This document shows, piece by piece, positions 1-9,700 of a stretch of DNA of 28,812 nt. The DNA comes from a virus (Duplodnaviria > Caudoviricetes), in IMG/VR virus record IMGVR_UViG_3300030107_007295, positions 1-28,812 of that record. One strand, given 5' to 3'. The notes under the pieces are model-generated. The model saw only the letters and a program-made list of their open reading frames with translations. It was not told where the DNA came from and did not search any database. A program made the translations under genes and the position numbers. The stretch's first letter is position 1; every line of letters begins with the position of its first letter.

Positions 1-1949
1 CCATCACTACCACTTTCACCTATATCTCCACCTGCTCCTCCTCTTTCAAATATACCTTCACGTTCTTTAGCACCCATACCGCCGTTACCACCACCTGCAC
101 CGCCTCCACCGCCTCCAAAGTTACCGGTACCGCTTCCAGCACCACCACCGCCTCCACCAGCAATAGCACCGTTATTATTTTGTATAACTATCCTCGATGT
201 TGATGTAATATTGATCGCATCACCACCGTTCCAACCATCCCAGTAATTACCTCCAGGAGGTGAAGGCTGTTCTTTTTGTTTTGTAGCACCGTATGAACCT
301 CCGTCTCCTCCTCTACCCATTATGTAGCCATTATTAATTAGTGTTAACCCATTAGACCAATTATTAATTTCTAAAGCAGGGGTTTGTATATTATCAGAAT
401 ATATATAGACGTTGTTATTAATAGTTATTGTAGCAGGTTGTTGACCATCCCAACCACGATCTAATGCCCATTGATTTAAATTAAGTTCTTTTTTATTAGT
501 AGTTATTGTAGCACGCCACATCCTTGTATCTATAGGCGGTGGTACAACAACAGTTGTATCAGTAGGAGGTTCTACAATTGTATAATCTAACGGTACTCTA
601 CGCCATACATATACACCATAATTAGGTAATATATTATTATGACACAACGAGTCACCAGCTGTTCTTGTCTGTCTAATCCCTGTCCCGGGTATCTGTTCTT
701 CAGTAGTTAAATTATTATATGTACCTTCATCTACTACTGCGTTAATCTCTCTTAATCGATTTACACCCTGTAAAGCAATTGCAGCTTCTTCTTCACCTAA
801 CGCTTCAACAATAATATTTCTTGCTCTTACGAGATCTTGTGGTGTAAATATACCCGGGTGCACTCTATCTTGATCTCTTGGATCATATCCAACTGCAGCA
901 ATGCCCGTATATCCAGCTAATGTGTTTTCATCATCTAAATCAGAATAACCTGGAGGGTAGAGTATAGGTACTTCATTGCCACTTCCCCAAGGAACTCCTA
1001 CTGGTTTAAAACCATTAGATATCCAAATATTTGTTCCAAATCGTGAATCACCTTGACCTTGAGATACCATTAATCCACCCCACCCGGGCCCACCAGTAAC
1101 GCTACCACCCCACCCTGATAATGAAAAATTAGCTAATTTCGGATTAAAATCCGAATCAGTATACCTATAACCATTAGCATGTCTTTCACGTATTAAATGA
1201 GTTCTGTAATTAACTTGACCATTGTATGTAGTATTATTTTGAAAAGCTTGTATTCTATCTTGTTCTAAGAAATAAGAATATGATCGTCCGGAAGCAGTAA
1301 AAGCTCTCCCTCTATTAGGTCCTACTGTTACTAAATTTATACCAGGGTCCCAAATTTTTTGTTCTACTAATCCTTGAGGATTTACTGTGTCACCAAAATA
1401 AAAGCAGAATGTTTTTTCAGTATTAAATCTACCTATAGTTAATGTTTGTGGGTTTACATCATGTGTATGTATAGGTAAAGTATCTGTATTTAATTTAACA
1501 CAATATTCACCAGCAATATCCCCAGATTCTGTACCACTTGAGCCTGGAGAGAAAGTATAAACAAATGATGGGTCATTATTATCTAACCCCGTACCTACAC
1601 CAGCTAAAAAATCACCATTACTCTCTAAAGCCCATTTTGTACCAGCAATCCGATTACCCGGATTATCGTTTGTAACAGTTAATAATATACTGTTTATAGG
1701 ATAAAAAGCATCTAACCATTCTGTAACATAATTAAATCCCTTAGGTTCAATATATCGATTTATTATAACACTATCACCAACAGCGCTTAATGCTAATCCT
1801 GTAATTTTACCACCACCAGTATATACATCATTTTTAGGTAAAACAGAAAGATCAGCTCCACTTACATGTAATAAGGATGTATAATAATCTGCTATACGCA
1901 GTCTTTCGAGACTTTCTCCAACATTTTCAGGTGTTACAGGTGAATTCAT
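1..1949 (-). CDS. Putative baseplate/tail-fibre adhesin: gp10-C-terminal-like domain fused to a glycine-rich gp38-like receptor-binding domain (3' end outside window, at least 649 aa)
   Basis: Absent from the ORF track. I translated it by hand from ATG 1949 and it is open to the window edge. It contains FYPINSILL..NPG..W..G.FLAG..GEY.VKL..LPIHTH and HNNILPNYGVYVWRR (gp10-C/collar-like motifs), followed by LINNGYIMGRGGDGG..GGDAINI..NNGAIAGGGGGG (T2/T6/S16 gp38-type glycine-rich motifs). Confidence 0.8.
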   Translation of the reverse strand, partial: MNSPVTPENVGESLERLRIADYYTSLLHVSGADLSVLPKNDVYTGGGKITGLALSAVGDSVIINRYIEPKGFNYVTEWLDAFYPINSILLTVTNDNPGNRIAGTKWALESNGDFLAGVGTGLDNNDPSFVYTFSPGSSGTESGDIAGEYCVKLNTDTLPIHTHDVNPQTLTIGRFNTEKTFCFYFGDTVNPQGLVEQKIWDPGINLVTVGPNRGRAFTASGRSYSYFLEQDRIQAFQNNTTYNGQVNYRTHLIRERHANGYRYTDSDFNPKLANFSLSGWGGSVTGGPGWGGLMVSQGQGDSRFGTNIWISNGFKPVGVPWGSGNEVPILYPPGYSDLDDENTLAGYTGIAAVGYDPRDQDRVHPGIFTPQDLVRARNIIVEALGEEEAAIALQGVNRLREINAVVDEGTYNNLTTEEQIPGTGIRQTRTAGDSLCHNNILPNYGVYVWRRVPLDYTIVEPPTDTTVVVPPPIDTRMWRATITTNKKELNLNQWALDRGWDGQQPATITINNNVYIYSDNIQTPALEINNWSNGLTLINNGYIMGRGGDGGSYGATKQKEQPSPPGGNYWDGWNGGDAINITSTSRIVIQNNNGAIAGGGGGGAGSGTGNFGGGGGGAGGGNGGMGAKEREGIFERGGAGGDIGESGSD

Positions 1950-1956
1950 AATTTTA

Positions 1957-3840
1957 TTAGTATGTATTTGAAGGGGTTATATTATTTACATTATTACTAC
2001 TAATAGCTACATCATTATCACCAACAGCAATATTATCAATATTTTCTCCAGCTGTAATTGTGTTAATTATTGCCACTTGAAGATCATAAATTGCATTAAA
2101 AACTCTTGAAACAGCGTCATATGTTACTTCTTCATTTTCGTGAAATTCAAAATCTCTAAAATTAACATCCATGCCCTCGTATGATACGAATTTACTTAAC
2201 AGCGGTATACCACTTATTAATTCTTTAATAGGTATTATACTCGCATTTAAATATATACTGACTGTATCTTTAATAATATTTTGAAGTTCGCTGTTTATTG
2301 AAATACCTAAACTAGACTCACAACTAATTATTTTTTCGTATAAATTAGGTAAATCTAAAGGAATATAATTTTTATATTCTAAACTTGAATCTTTAAATAG
2401 ATATATTCTACCTATATTATGTAATAGGTAAAATAAATTAGAACTATTTTTTGTAAGAATTAAATTAATATTATTAAAGTAGTTTGATTTTAATAAGTTA
2501 GAGTTAAATTTCTTTTCTATTAAATTAAATCGCTCTTGTGTGTCATCAAAATACATATCTTTAAGATATAATAAATTATCAATAGACGGTACACCCGCAA
2601 CTTCAGCTGGATTAGAAATAAATCTCGTTGTAATTGAACCTTCGTCGTTTAATGTAAAAATATTAGAATCACTCCCGGAAAAATAAACACGTATTTCTTC
2701 TTTAACGTTAAAATCATAAAAAGGTTTATATCTGTTTATAGTTTTTGGATTAGATAAAACTAGATCATCATCACTACCGCCTAAAAGTTCAGAATCAACG
2801 TGATACATATTATACGTGAAAAAATCTTCCGTATCAGGGTCAATAGGTGGTTGCGTTATTATTAAAATACTATCATCACTATCTCTTATATCAAAAGCTA
2901 AAATTTCCTCTTGAGGTATCATAACACTTATATTTGATATATGAGTTAAAGAATACTTATCACGTATATTGATACTAATTCCGGAATCACTAATAAATCG
3001 ATAACCTAGCAAATTATTTCCTATTTCTACTACGTCATCGATGGGTATTTCAGGTAATGTAATTTGATCTACAAGCTTAAAAACTCGACAAGGGTTAATA
3101 AAGCTGTTATCGTATAAACTTAAAACTTCACCCGCTAAGCTATATAATACATCTGTATTATTATCATACGTAAACTTACTGTTACCTTGAAACGGGTCAT
3201 CTACTAATCTAGTAAGACCTCCATTGTGCACAAAGCTACCAGAAAAAGTATATGAGTTTGTTGGCGTTGTAGTAAAATAAAAATATGATTCATCATCATA
3301 TACAAATAATGTACTATCGACCGTATCATCTAATACTTCTAATCCTGGAATATTATCAACTGTGCTAAATGGATCTATTTGAATAGGGAATGTATTATCT
3401 TTTGCGAGTGAAAAATCGTTATTTCTTAAATCTGTACTACTACTTGACATCCCTAAAAAGTAACTAGTTCCATCAGCTGTTGAATTAGCAAAATCAAGTA
3501 TATCAGGGTTTGAAACAATATTTAAAGAATATAAATATAAATTATTTAAATTTAAACATTGCAAGTTTGCATCGATAAAATTTTGATCAATAATATTTCT
3601 CGGTGAAACTGAAGGTCGTTTTATTATAGATTTGTCTACACGTGTTGTAGTTCTATCAAATTCAAATTTTCTTAAGAAGCAATTTGAAAGAAAGGTATCA
3701 CTCGAGCTAAGTACTTTTGAGGAAGATGTAAAGGTCTTACCAGTGTATGCTATACCATCTGTAATATTAAATAAACCGGTGTAATTATCACCGCTCAATG
3801 TAAAGGCATTTCCAGTAGTATATTTAAAATAATCTATCAT
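1957..3840 (-). CDS. Uncharacterised virion/baseplate-associated protein (627 aa)
   Basis: Long acidic, beta-rich ORF, coupled to the upstream gene by an ATGA overlap, within the baseplate cluster. No family recognised. Confidence 0.55.
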   Translation of the reverse strand: MIDYFKYTTGNAFTLSGDNYTGLFNITDGIAYTGKTFTSSSKVLSSSDTFLSNCFLRKFEFDRTTTRVDKSIIKRPSVSPRNIIDQNFIDANLQCLNLNNLYLYSLNIVSNPDILDFANSTADGTSYFLGMSSSSTDLRNNDFSLAKDNTFPIQIDPFSTVDNIPGLEVLDDTVDSTLFVYDDESYFYFTTTPTNSYTFSGSFVHNGGLTRLVDDPFQGNSKFTYDNNTDVLYSLAGEVLSLYDNSFINPCRVFKLVDQITLPEIPIDDVVEIGNNLLGYRFISDSGISINIRDKYSLTHISNISVMIPQEEILAFDIRDSDDSILIITQPPIDPDTEDFFTYNMYHVDSELLGGSDDDLVLSNPKTINRYKPFYDFNVKEEIRVYFSGSDSNIFTLNDEGSITTRFISNPAEVAGVPSIDNLLYLKDMYFDDTQERFNLIEKKFNSNLLKSNYFNNINLILTKNSSNLFYLLHNIGRIYLFKDSSLEYKNYIPLDLPNLYEKIISCESSLGISINSELQNIIKDTVSIYLNASIIPIKELISGIPLLSKFVSYEGMDVNFRDFEFHENEEVTYDAVSRVFNAIYDLQVAIINTITAGENIDNIAVGDNDVAISSNNVNNITPSNTY

Positions 3841-6227
3841 TTATAGTTTACAATGTTTATGTTATTAATTACGGTTGACTTTGGAAGGGAATTAACTATA
3901 TTACTCTTAATAATATCTCTCACTTCATTATTAATATTATCATCATTAATATTTAAATTTTTAATGTTAATATCAACTACTGCACTCTTACTCTTAAGGT
4001 TTGTATTAATAGAATTAACAGTATTAATAGTATCTGTTAAGTTTCTCATTCCACAGGGTAGGGATATAGTAAGATCTTGAATACTATCAATATTCGTGCT
4101 AAATATAACAGCTAACTCTTGATATTTTTCTAATGGATCTAAAGCTAAATAAACATCATATATATAATCTTGTGACGTTGCCTCATTATATAAAATTTCT
4201 CTCTTGTTTATAGTATCTGTATCTGATTTATCGATAACTCCCTCTTCAACTTCTCTATCCCAGTGTAAGAAAATATCACCAAAAAGAATACGTTTTGTAT
4301 ATAATTGATATGCACCAACTTCAAAAGTAAATATAACATTTGAATTTAAATATAAATTACAAACTCCTTGAATGGCATTAAATGATAAAAAGATATTTGT
4401 TTTTTCAAACTTATCAATTTTAAATTTATGAATAAAGGTATTAAGTAATAATCTTTCTTCTATTGAAGCACCTGATGTACTATTATCAAATAATGCAAAC
4501 TTAAATGTTATTTCATCGTCAAATTTTTCAAAACTAATACCCCCGTTAATATCATTACTACCTGACTTAATTGAAAAATCACCAGCATCATTTTGAAGAG
4601 TAAATCCTAAGCCAAAGCCCCCATTATCATTTATAGTGTTAAAGTAATTATTTACCTTACCATTTATTTGAGCTGTATCACAAAAATTTGTAGGTGATTT
4701 TTTAATAAAATCATCTTCGGAAATTCTCACATATTTATATCGTTTATTAGGTTCAAAAACCAAATCACTCTTTTTATCTAGATATAATTTCTTTTCAATA
4801 GATGATTTTAAAGTGGAATTTGAAGCAATGAGATTTTCAACAGCTAATTTATATGTTGTATTATATGCTGGTGATGCAGCTAAAGCAGTTTCCTTATCTA
4901 CTAAATCTGGGTAATAATATCTATCTACCCAAATACCTTCTTGCCCTATACCACCTGATAACCAGGTACAGAGGTAAGTAACATTTTCTTCTTTTACAGA
5001 ATCATCATCCAAACGGTAGACTCTATCTGAGAGATCAGGTCGCTTAAATGAAAACGAGCCACATTTAGTAAACTTTGTATCATTTATATTGAGTCTGTCA
5101 AATGGGGCCATGGATGACGGCGTTGTAAAGAAAGTTGTACCTGGCTTGATTAAAATATCATAATTATTGTATACAAAGTTAAGCGAAAGCGTTTCGTTTC
5201 GCTCGCTATCTATATCAGAAAATATTGATGTATATGTTCTTAAATCTTGACTATATATTGTGGTATTAGAAGTAGAAAGAAGATTATTTGAAGAATTAAA
5301 TTGTTCCTGAGTATTAACAATGTTTTTAAGGTTATAAAAATTAAAATCTAAACCAGCTTTATTACTAGAGCTATAAAACAAGTAGTTAGAAGGTAAGTTG
5401 AAATCGCTCTTATCATTATCAACTTTACCATCATTACTATAAGTTACAAATGATGCATTATACGGCGATGGTACAGATAAATTTAACTCTTGATTTATTT
5501 TTATACTTGAATCTGCTATAAAAAACTGATTAACACCATCGCTAGTAGTAATCTTATTAGCCTTTACAACTCCATCGTTATTTAAAAGAATGTATTTTAT
5601 ATCTTCTTTTGTAGAGTATAAATTAATAAAACTATCGGTTTTATATTTTAAAAGATTATATTCTAAATTAAATCCATTTTCAGGTAGCTGGTTTTCACCA
5701 ACAAATAACGTATTTCGTTTTCCATCTACTTCTTCATCATCAGATACAACAAGATAATATCTTATATTATTTGAAGAGCTTATAGTACTAACTCTACATG
5801 TAAAGTCATCAATAAAGGTTATTTCGAAATTACTAGCATCTGACAACACAGGAGTAAATGTTGTTACACCATAATAATCAGCATCATAAATTCTATTCGT
5901 ATTTTTAAAACTCGATAAACTCGCTGGCCTGTATAGTAGGTAGTTATTAGCTGAAGTTGTAAAATTAAGAGTTGTAAAATATGATTCTGGCTTTACTTTA
6001 ATTTCTTTATGTGATGTTATATCATCTAATAATACATTATCTGTAAGATAGAAATTTGTAAAATTAAGATTTTTAAAGTCTTGAATGCCAGATAGTGCAT
6101 TTACAAAATTAATAACAAACTCACCATTATAAGTTTGTGAATATTGATCAAGGGTAAGATCTGTTGGGCATATACTTGCTTCAACAGAACTTAGAGCACT
6201 TAAACTTGATTTTACTAAACAACCCAT
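3837..6227 (-). CDS. Uncharacterised virion/baseplate-associated protein (796 aa)
   Basis: Long ORF with a perfect TATAAATA late motif upstream, N/S/T/D-rich. The C-terminal third may be a LamG-like beta sandwich (weak impression only). Confidence 0.55.
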   Translation of the reverse strand: MGCLVKSSLSALSSVEASICPTDLTLDQYSQTYNGEFVINFVNALSGIQDFKNLNFTNFYLTDNVLLDDITSHKEIKVKPESYFTTLNFTTSANNYLLYRPASLSSFKNTNRIYDADYYGVTTFTPVLSDASNFEITFIDDFTCRVSTISSSNNIRYYLVVSDDEEVDGKRNTLFVGENQLPENGFNLEYNLLKYKTDSFINLYSTKEDIKYILLNNDGVVKANKITTSDGVNQFFIADSSIKINQELNLSVPSPYNASFVTYSNDGKVDNDKSDFNLPSNYLFYSSSNKAGLDFNFYNLKNIVNTQEQFNSSNNLLSTSNTTIYSQDLRTYTSIFSDIDSERNETLSLNFVYNNYDILIKPGTTFFTTPSSMAPFDRLNINDTKFTKCGSFSFKRPDLSDRVYRLDDDSVKEENVTYLCTWLSGGIGQEGIWVDRYYYPDLVDKETALAASPAYNTTYKLAVENLIASNSTLKSSIEKKLYLDKKSDLVFEPNKRYKYVRISEDDFIKKSPTNFCDTAQINGKVNNYFNTINDNGGFGLGFTLQNDAGDFSIKSGSNDINGGISFEKFDDEITFKFALFDNSTSGASIEERLLLNTFIHKFKIDKFEKTNIFLSFNAIQGVCNLYLNSNVIFTFEVGAYQLYTKRILFGDIFLHWDREVEEGVIDKSDTDTINKREILYNEATSQDYIYDVYLALDPLEKYQELAVIFSTNIDSIQDLTISLPCGMRNLTDTINTVNSINTNLKSKSAVVDINIKNLNINDDNINNEVRDIIKSNIVNSLPKSTVINNINIVNYK

Positions 6228-6233
6228 TGTGTA

Positions 6234-6241
6234 TATTTATA
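6234..6241 (-). promoter_or_regulatory. T4-type late promoter TATAAATA, 6 nt before ATG 6227
   Basis: Minus strand reads TATAAATA-TACACA-ATG. Confidence 0.8.
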
Positions 6242-6242
6242 T

Positions 6243-6779
6243 CTATTTCTCCCTATAAGATTTGTTATCGAGTTGAACGACATAGTTGCCGTTTTGTGTT
6301 AAAAGCGATACCCTAGATGTATTTGTTTCATCATTTAATAAATCTAATCCTACTATTTCCATGTCTTCAACGCTCTGATAATAGCTTTCAGAATTTATAA
6401 CCATAGTAGCACTTAAACGTGTTGTTTCACCAGTTACATACCCAACATTCATCTTAAACGTAACATTTTTCTTTAATGCATAGGTTGATGGAAAATATAT
6501 ATGTTTATACGTATTTGTAAACGTTACCGGAGCCGCACCATTTTCTATTTCTGGATATATAGATTGAGTTCTATAATCTCTAAAAATAATAATATCTGGC
6601 TCTAACACTGGCGTTCCATCACCCCAGTCAATACTTAAGTAATTCGGAAATATTTCAGAAAACACATTTGATATGTTTAAAGTAACCTCAGTAGCGTTGT
6701 ACATATTAGTTTCCGCAAGAATCACTTCTTCATTCATTTGCGGTTTAGAGGTAGATATGTTAAAATTAAGAGTGTTCAT
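6243..6779 (-). CDS. Small PKD/Ig-like virion protein
   Basis: IDWGDGT...YKHIY resembles the PKD WDFGDG...H.Y signature. ATGA overlap with the upstream gene. Confidence 0.55.
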   Translation of the reverse strand: MNTLNFNISTSKPQMNEEVILAETNMYNATEVTLNISNVFSEIFPNYLSIDWGDGTPVLEPDIIIFRDYRTQSIYPEIENGAAPVTFTNTYKHIYFPSTYALKKNVTFKMNVGYVTGETTRLSATMVINSESYYQSVEDMEIVGLDLLNDETNTSRVSLLTQNGNYVVQLDNKSYREK

Positions 6780-9685
6780 AATACTAAGGCGGTTGCTGAA
6801 ACTTTAGGTGCTAGAGAAGATAAAATTGGTGTTGCAGCAAACTCTGGAATTTGATGGGTTGCAGTTATTGTCGGTACCTGGGATGAAAGTGGCAGTTTTA
6901 AGTTATCTAAATTAACGTTTCCATTTTTAAGCTCGTTGTTAGCAAATGTATAAGTAAAACGACTATTGTTACTAGTATGTGAAACTGTATCAACAAACTT
7001 AATTTCATTCTTATACTCAAAGAGATAATTTAAAAGCAAAGGACCTTTATTTAAATCTTTTATTATAACACCAAGATTAAAAAGTTCATTATCACTACTA
7101 TATGTCAAAAATGGTTTACCACTTTCTACATACACTGATAACGGACTCGGGTCAGATAAATCAAAATAACAAGATGAATTAGCTGCTGTATTACCGGTTG
7201 TTGGAAATATAACTTCTGTTGTATCCTCTGAAAAATTATACTTATAAATTTTTGGATATAGTCTATTATCTTTTAGTGTTAATTGATCACGTACAAATCT
7301 ACAGAAAAATACATTACTTCCAACTTTTACTCGGTTACTTACTTTATCAAAGAAGCTTGTATTTATAGTTAAAGAGTTGGTAAAAGTAATTGGTGAAATA
7401 AAGACATTATCTTGATAGTTAGTTTTTTCAGTTACCAAGAAGGTACTCGTTTCAATAAACAGAGTAGTATATAATAAATCAAACTCTTTAACTGTTGTAG
7501 ATAATTGATTACATACTGTTGTATTATATTTGCTAGGAAAATAAGTTATTGCATCAGTTAACTCTTTTACTGCAGGTTTACCTGGCGCCTGGTTAATATT
7601 TTTAACATATATTTTACCAGTATGATCTCTTCTGTTAAATAATTTTTCCGTATCTGTATCAACTGTAGTAAATTCAGTTACATCAAATACATCATTTCTA
7701 TAATCAAAACCTTCTTCAGCTTGCGTGTAGTTAAAAACTATATCATCCGTAAATAACCCGCAATCATAATTTTTAACTCCGTTGTCACCAGATAGACGAG
7801 CATTAACTGAAAAACTACCAGATAATGTAGTTGTCCATATGTTTGTTGGATCACATAACCCTCTAAAGATAGTACTAGTTTTTGATGTATCTAAAAAAGC
7901 ACCTCCTGCGTCCACTAAATCAGAATAATAAAACTGTAACGCGCTATCTTTATATGCACTCAATCCAGATATTAATAGATCACCAGCTGAAGTAGCGCTA
8001 GTTGGATCTGCTAATGTTTCTGTATCTGAAAACATAAAATATGCTGCTTCTTTTACATCAGCATCAATTTTAAAGGATTCAGGTCTTTTAAAATCTACTT
8101 CTAACCAGTTATTAGGAGCTATTAGTTCTTGATATGGGTTAAAATACCTATTAAAAATATGATAGGCAGAAGTTGGTAGAGTTACTAAGCCATTAGTAAA
8201 AGACGAAAGCCCGGATCTCTTTGTTTCATCATATGTAGCGGTATCAGTAGTATTATAATTAAAATTATAGCCTTCACCGAATAGATCATCATAAAATTGA
8301 TAACCGTTAAGTATTAAATTTTTAATTGTATCTGGATCTTCAGATATTATATTACTTCTATAATAATTATTGTCTTTTACTAATCCAAATATATTTCCAA
8401 ACAAATCTTTCTTACTATCATCTATATAACCATCGTTGTACAAATAAGATAAGTCTGTATCTAAATTTCTCTCTTCAGCAATCTCAGAATTATAACCTAA
8501 GAAAGATGTACTATCTCTATCAACGTTAGGTTGATTTATTGCTATACCTTTACTTCTATTGTTAACAGCTCGCGATGTATCAACTGTAAAAGTTAATACT
8601 TCTTGGTTATTGGTATATAGATTAGGATCAGGAAACACATACAGTTGGTTTGCTGGGTAATAATCTTTCTCGAAAAAATCAATTCGCTTTCCCTGTATAA
8701 CAACTATACCAGCATTAGTAGGTTTAAAGAATCCAAGATCTCGTTCACTTATAATGTCATTAGAAAACTCTGACGCTGTGGATGGGTAGTTTTGATTTAA
8801 GAAGTTTGCATAAGGTCTATCTGCTTCAAATAATACACCAATTTCAGGCTTACCTTCTGCATCTGTAGCTAAATAATAAAAATCTGTTCCAATATACTTT
8901 TTAGTTTGAGCTCGTTTATTTGCAAATAATTCATCTGTCTCTTTTAATTCCTGTAAGACAGTAGCTACACGAGAAAAAGTTTCACTAATTAACGATGTAT
9001 CGTTGTTTAAAAAAATGTTTAATGTTGGAGGACCATCCGGATTATACTCAATAAAGTTTTTACCATATTCTTCAGCATTTGGTTCTGCATTAAAATACTG
9101 CGCGTAGTTATCAAAATATTCTGTTAAACCAACTGATATATTTTCTTTAATTATGTCAATATTATAATCAATATTTGCTGTTGATCGATTTTCTAGATAT
9201 TCTAAAACAAAATCCTTAACTGCTTGCTCTACACCTAAACTACTACCTCTAACTTTAGATTTTGTTACTGAGTAATGTAGCAACTGACGTTTCTTTTTGT
9301 AATAGGTAACAATATCTCTTATCTTCTTACTAAAGAAAGACATTGCAATTTCTAAATCATAAGAATTATTAAAATCTAATTGAGTAAGAAATGTTTTTTC
9401 AGCATAGGTAGAGAAATTTATAGTTATATCTTGAAGGAAATCTCTATATAAGTCTATAATACTATTTGTTTGATCTTCATTCTTTGATGTAGATTTTGTA
9501 TTCCATCGATTAAGGTACTTATTATAAAATGTTGCAAGAGTATCCGGATCATAGTTTTCCGAAACAGATTTTATAAAATCAACAAAATTATACGGAGCAA
9601 ATCTATCTAAAGCATCTCTCTCACTAACAGCCGGGTTAGTTATAGAAAGCGGGACGTTTGGAAACCCTGTTACTATGTTATCCAT
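6776..9685 (-). CDS. Large uncharacterised baseplate-associated protein (969 aa)
   Basis: Helical-looking N-terminus and beta-rich C-terminus, late motif upstream, located downstream of the gp25-gp6-gp7-like genes. Confidence 0.55.
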   Translation of the reverse strand: MDNIVTGFPNVPLSITNPAVSERDALDRFAPYNFVDFIKSVSENYDPDTLATFYNKYLNRWNTKSTSKNEDQTNSIIDLYRDFLQDITINFSTYAEKTFLTQLDFNNSYDLEIAMSFFSKKIRDIVTYYKKKRQLLHYSVTKSKVRGSSLGVEQAVKDFVLEYLENRSTANIDYNIDIIKENISVGLTEYFDNYAQYFNAEPNAEEYGKNFIEYNPDGPPTLNIFLNNDTSLISETFSRVATVLQELKETDELFANKRAQTKKYIGTDFYYLATDAEGKPEIGVLFEADRPYANFLNQNYPSTASEFSNDIISERDLGFFKPTNAGIVVIQGKRIDFFEKDYYPANQLYVFPDPNLYTNNQEVLTFTVDTSRAVNNRSKGIAINQPNVDRDSTSFLGYNSEIAEERNLDTDLSYLYNDGYIDDSKKDLFGNIFGLVKDNNYYRSNIISEDPDTIKNLILNGYQFYDDLFGEGYNFNYNTTDTATYDETKRSGLSSFTNGLVTLPTSAYHIFNRYFNPYQELIAPNNWLEVDFKRPESFKIDADVKEAAYFMFSDTETLADPTSATSAGDLLISGLSAYKDSALQFYYSDLVDAGGAFLDTSKTSTIFRGLCDPTNIWTTTLSGSFSVNARLSGDNGVKNYDCGLFTDDIVFNYTQAEEGFDYRNDVFDVTEFTTVDTDTEKLFNRRDHTGKIYVKNINQAPGKPAVKELTDAITYFPSKYNTTVCNQLSTTVKEFDLLYTTLFIETSTFLVTEKTNYQDNVFISPITFTNSLTINTSFFDKVSNRVKVGSNVFFCRFVRDQLTLKDNRLYPKIYKYNFSEDTTEVIFPTTGNTAANSSCYFDLSDPSPLSVYVESGKPFLTYSSDNELFNLGVIIKDLNKGPLLLNYLFEYKNEIKFVDTVSHTSNNSRFTYTFANNELKNGNVNLDNLKLPLSSQVPTITATHQIPEFAATPILSSLAPKVSATALVL

Positions 9686-9691
9686 TAAACA

Positions 9692-9698
9692 TATTTAT
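9692..9698 (-). promoter_or_regulatory. Late promoter core ATAAATA, 6 nt before ATG 9685
   Basis: Minus strand reads GATAAATA-TGTTTA-ATG. Confidence 0.75.
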
Positions 9699-9700
9699 CC

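Noticed and set aside
1-330. GC-rich CCA/CCG/CCT repeats as a CRISPR array, microsatellite or DGR variable region
   Set aside because: Explained by glycine codons of the adhesin. No spacer-repeat structure, reverse transcriptase or template repeat was seen in the window.
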